From a virus: a stretch of 64,000 bases of DNA. Below the pieces are notes generated by a model that worked only from the letters and a program-made list of their open reading frames with translations, ran no database searches and had not been told where the DNA came from. The stretch spans positions 10,714-74,713 of the IMG/VR virus record IMGVR_UViG_3300009093_000003. One strand, written 5' to 3'. Below are positions 63,007-64,000 of the stretch, piece after piece (position 1 is the first letter of the stretch; every line of letters begins with the position of its first letter). The position numbers were made by a program, and so were the translations under genes.

Positions 63007-64000
63007 ATGGAAAAAACAAAAATTACACCTGACAACATCACAAAGCTAAAGAAAAACGAAGTTTTTATATTTGGCTCAAACATGGCGGGAAACCACGCGG
63101 GCGGTGCCGCAAAATACGCCCTCGATAACTTTGGCGCGCAAATGGGCAACAGCCTGGGCATTCAGGGCAGTTCATTTGCTATCCCGACATTAGACGCAAA
63201 TTTCAATAAATTGCCGTTGGAGGCAATAAAAGAAAGTGTTGCGCTTTTACAATCGTCACTACAATTATTGCCAAAAAAGCATTTTTTGCTAACTGAAATA
63301 GGCTGCGGTATAGCCGGTTTCAATGTTGAAGAAATAGCACCGCTTTTTAAACAAATTTACGAACTTAACCCATCAAACATTTCATGGCCACAACTATTTG
63401 TAGACGTGTTGGGAAAGCCCGTAATCATCCATGGCTTTAAAGGCTTTGACCAAAATCTCAAATGCAGGGGCTTTCAATATGAATTGGGCAAAGAGTACAC
63501 CACAGATGAAAAAGTAAAAATCTGTAATACTGGCTTTCACTTTTGCGAACATCCGCTGGATGTATTTAACTATTATCCTCCCGCATCTAATCGTTTTGCT
63601 ATGGTTGAGGGAAGCGGCGAAACAGATCGCGAAAACAATAATACAAAAGCGTGTTGCTCAAAAATAAAAATTGGCGTGGAGTTAAATTTTAAATCATTGG
63701 TGGAGGCTGCGATAAAATTCACATTCGACCGCGCCAAATGGACAAAAAACGCGCCAGCACATAATGACGCTTCCAGTGGTGCTGCATCTGCGACAGGTTA
63801 CGGTGGTGCTGCATCTGCGACAGGTGACAGGGGTGCTGCATCTGTGACAGGTTCCAGTGGTGCTGCATCTGCGACAGGTTACAGGGGTGCTGCATCTGCG
63901 ACAGGTTACAGGGGTGCTGCATCTGCGACAGGTGACAGTGGTGCTGCATCTGCGACAGGTGACAGTGGTGCTGCATCTGCGACAGGTGACAGTGGTGCTG
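63007..64000 (+). CDS. macro-domain-like (A1S_2505-type) protein fused to a KCRGFQY/CxxGFH domain and 9-aa repeats; truncated by window end
   Basis: EVFIFGSNMAGNHAGGAA, FAIPT, TEIGCGIAG...IAPLF; then FKGFDQNLKCRGFQYELG, CNTGFHFCEHPLDVFNYYPP; missing from the ORF track because it has no stop in the window. Confidence 0.88.
   Translation, partial: MEKTKITPDNITKLKKNEVFIFGSNMAGNHAGGAAKYALDNFGAQMGNSLGIQGSSFAIPTLDANFNKLPLEAIKESVALLQSSLQLLPKKHFLLTEIGCGIAGFNVEEIAPLFKQIYELNPSNISWPQLFVDVLGKPVIIHGFKGFDQNLKCRGFQYELGKEYTTDEKVKICNTGFHFCEHPLDVFNYYPPASNRFAMVEGSGETDRENNNTKACCSKIKIGVELNFKSLVEAAIKFTFDRAKWTKNAPAHNDASSGAASATGYGGAASATGDRGAASVTGSSGAASATGYRGAASATGYRGAASATGDSGAASATGDSGAASATGDSGA
63778..64000 (+). 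repeat. 27-bp coding tandem repeat (GAASATGxx), 8 full copies plus a partial
   Basis: GGTGCTGCATCTGCGACAGGT plus 6 variable nt at 63778, 63805, 63832, 63859, 63886, 63913, 63940, 63967. Confidence 0.95.

Noticed and set aside
63719-63976. Minus-strand ORF MQHHCHLSQ repeats
   Set aside because: Antisense shadow of the coding repeat in the + strand gene starting at 63007
63778-64000. CRISPR-like array (21-bp constant part with variable inserts)
   Set aside because: Variable parts are only 6 nt, the period is 27 (9 codons), it is in frame within a protein, and there are no cas genes
1-64000. Stop-codon reassignment as in some crAss-like phages
   Set aside because: Core genes are intact and densely packed in the standard code; no suppressor tRNA seen

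Overview
The window covers most of a dsDNA tailed phage genome with a Bacteroidota host. The host is inferred from many TAnnTTTG promoters, A-rich initiation regions without Shine-Dalgarno sequences, signal peptides cleaved before Gln, and a host-like response regulator; Sphingobacteriaceae is a guess. Layout: (1) 1-7.3 kb accessory genes, mostly + strand (Gp37/Gp68, a stand-alone receiver domain, exported and lipoproteins, a minus-strand initiator tRNA). (2) 7.3-50.4 kb long minus-strand morphogenesis region with crAss-like podovirus architecture: glycosyltransferase/methyltransferase cluster, GroES-like protein, wHTH, terminase, portal, scaffold, capsid, ring/adaptor proteins, split nozzle, three ejection proteins, an ATP-grasp cassette, tail hub proteins, a beta-helix tailspike and small membrane genes. 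(3) 50.7-58.5 kb replication and DNA methylation genes: two amino-MTases, a Twinkle/T7-gp4-type primase-helicase, an iteron-bearing initiator, nucleases and RepL. (4) A C5 methyltransferase locus encoded in two fully overlapping frames, an 830-bp non-coding region and a + strand early operon running off the end. No integrase, DNA polymerase, virion RNA polymerase, endolysin or CRISPR array was recognised. Top leads: the dual-frame two-subunit C5 MTase with repeated TRD-like modules; a tailspike with a Sec signal peptide whose N-terminal part is packed with Bacteroidota O-glycosylation sequons, next to a phage glycan-building cluster; a PurD-like ATP-grasp/HExxE cassette; and a leader + 6-Cys peptide. 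All family assignments come from motif recognition by eye, not database searches.
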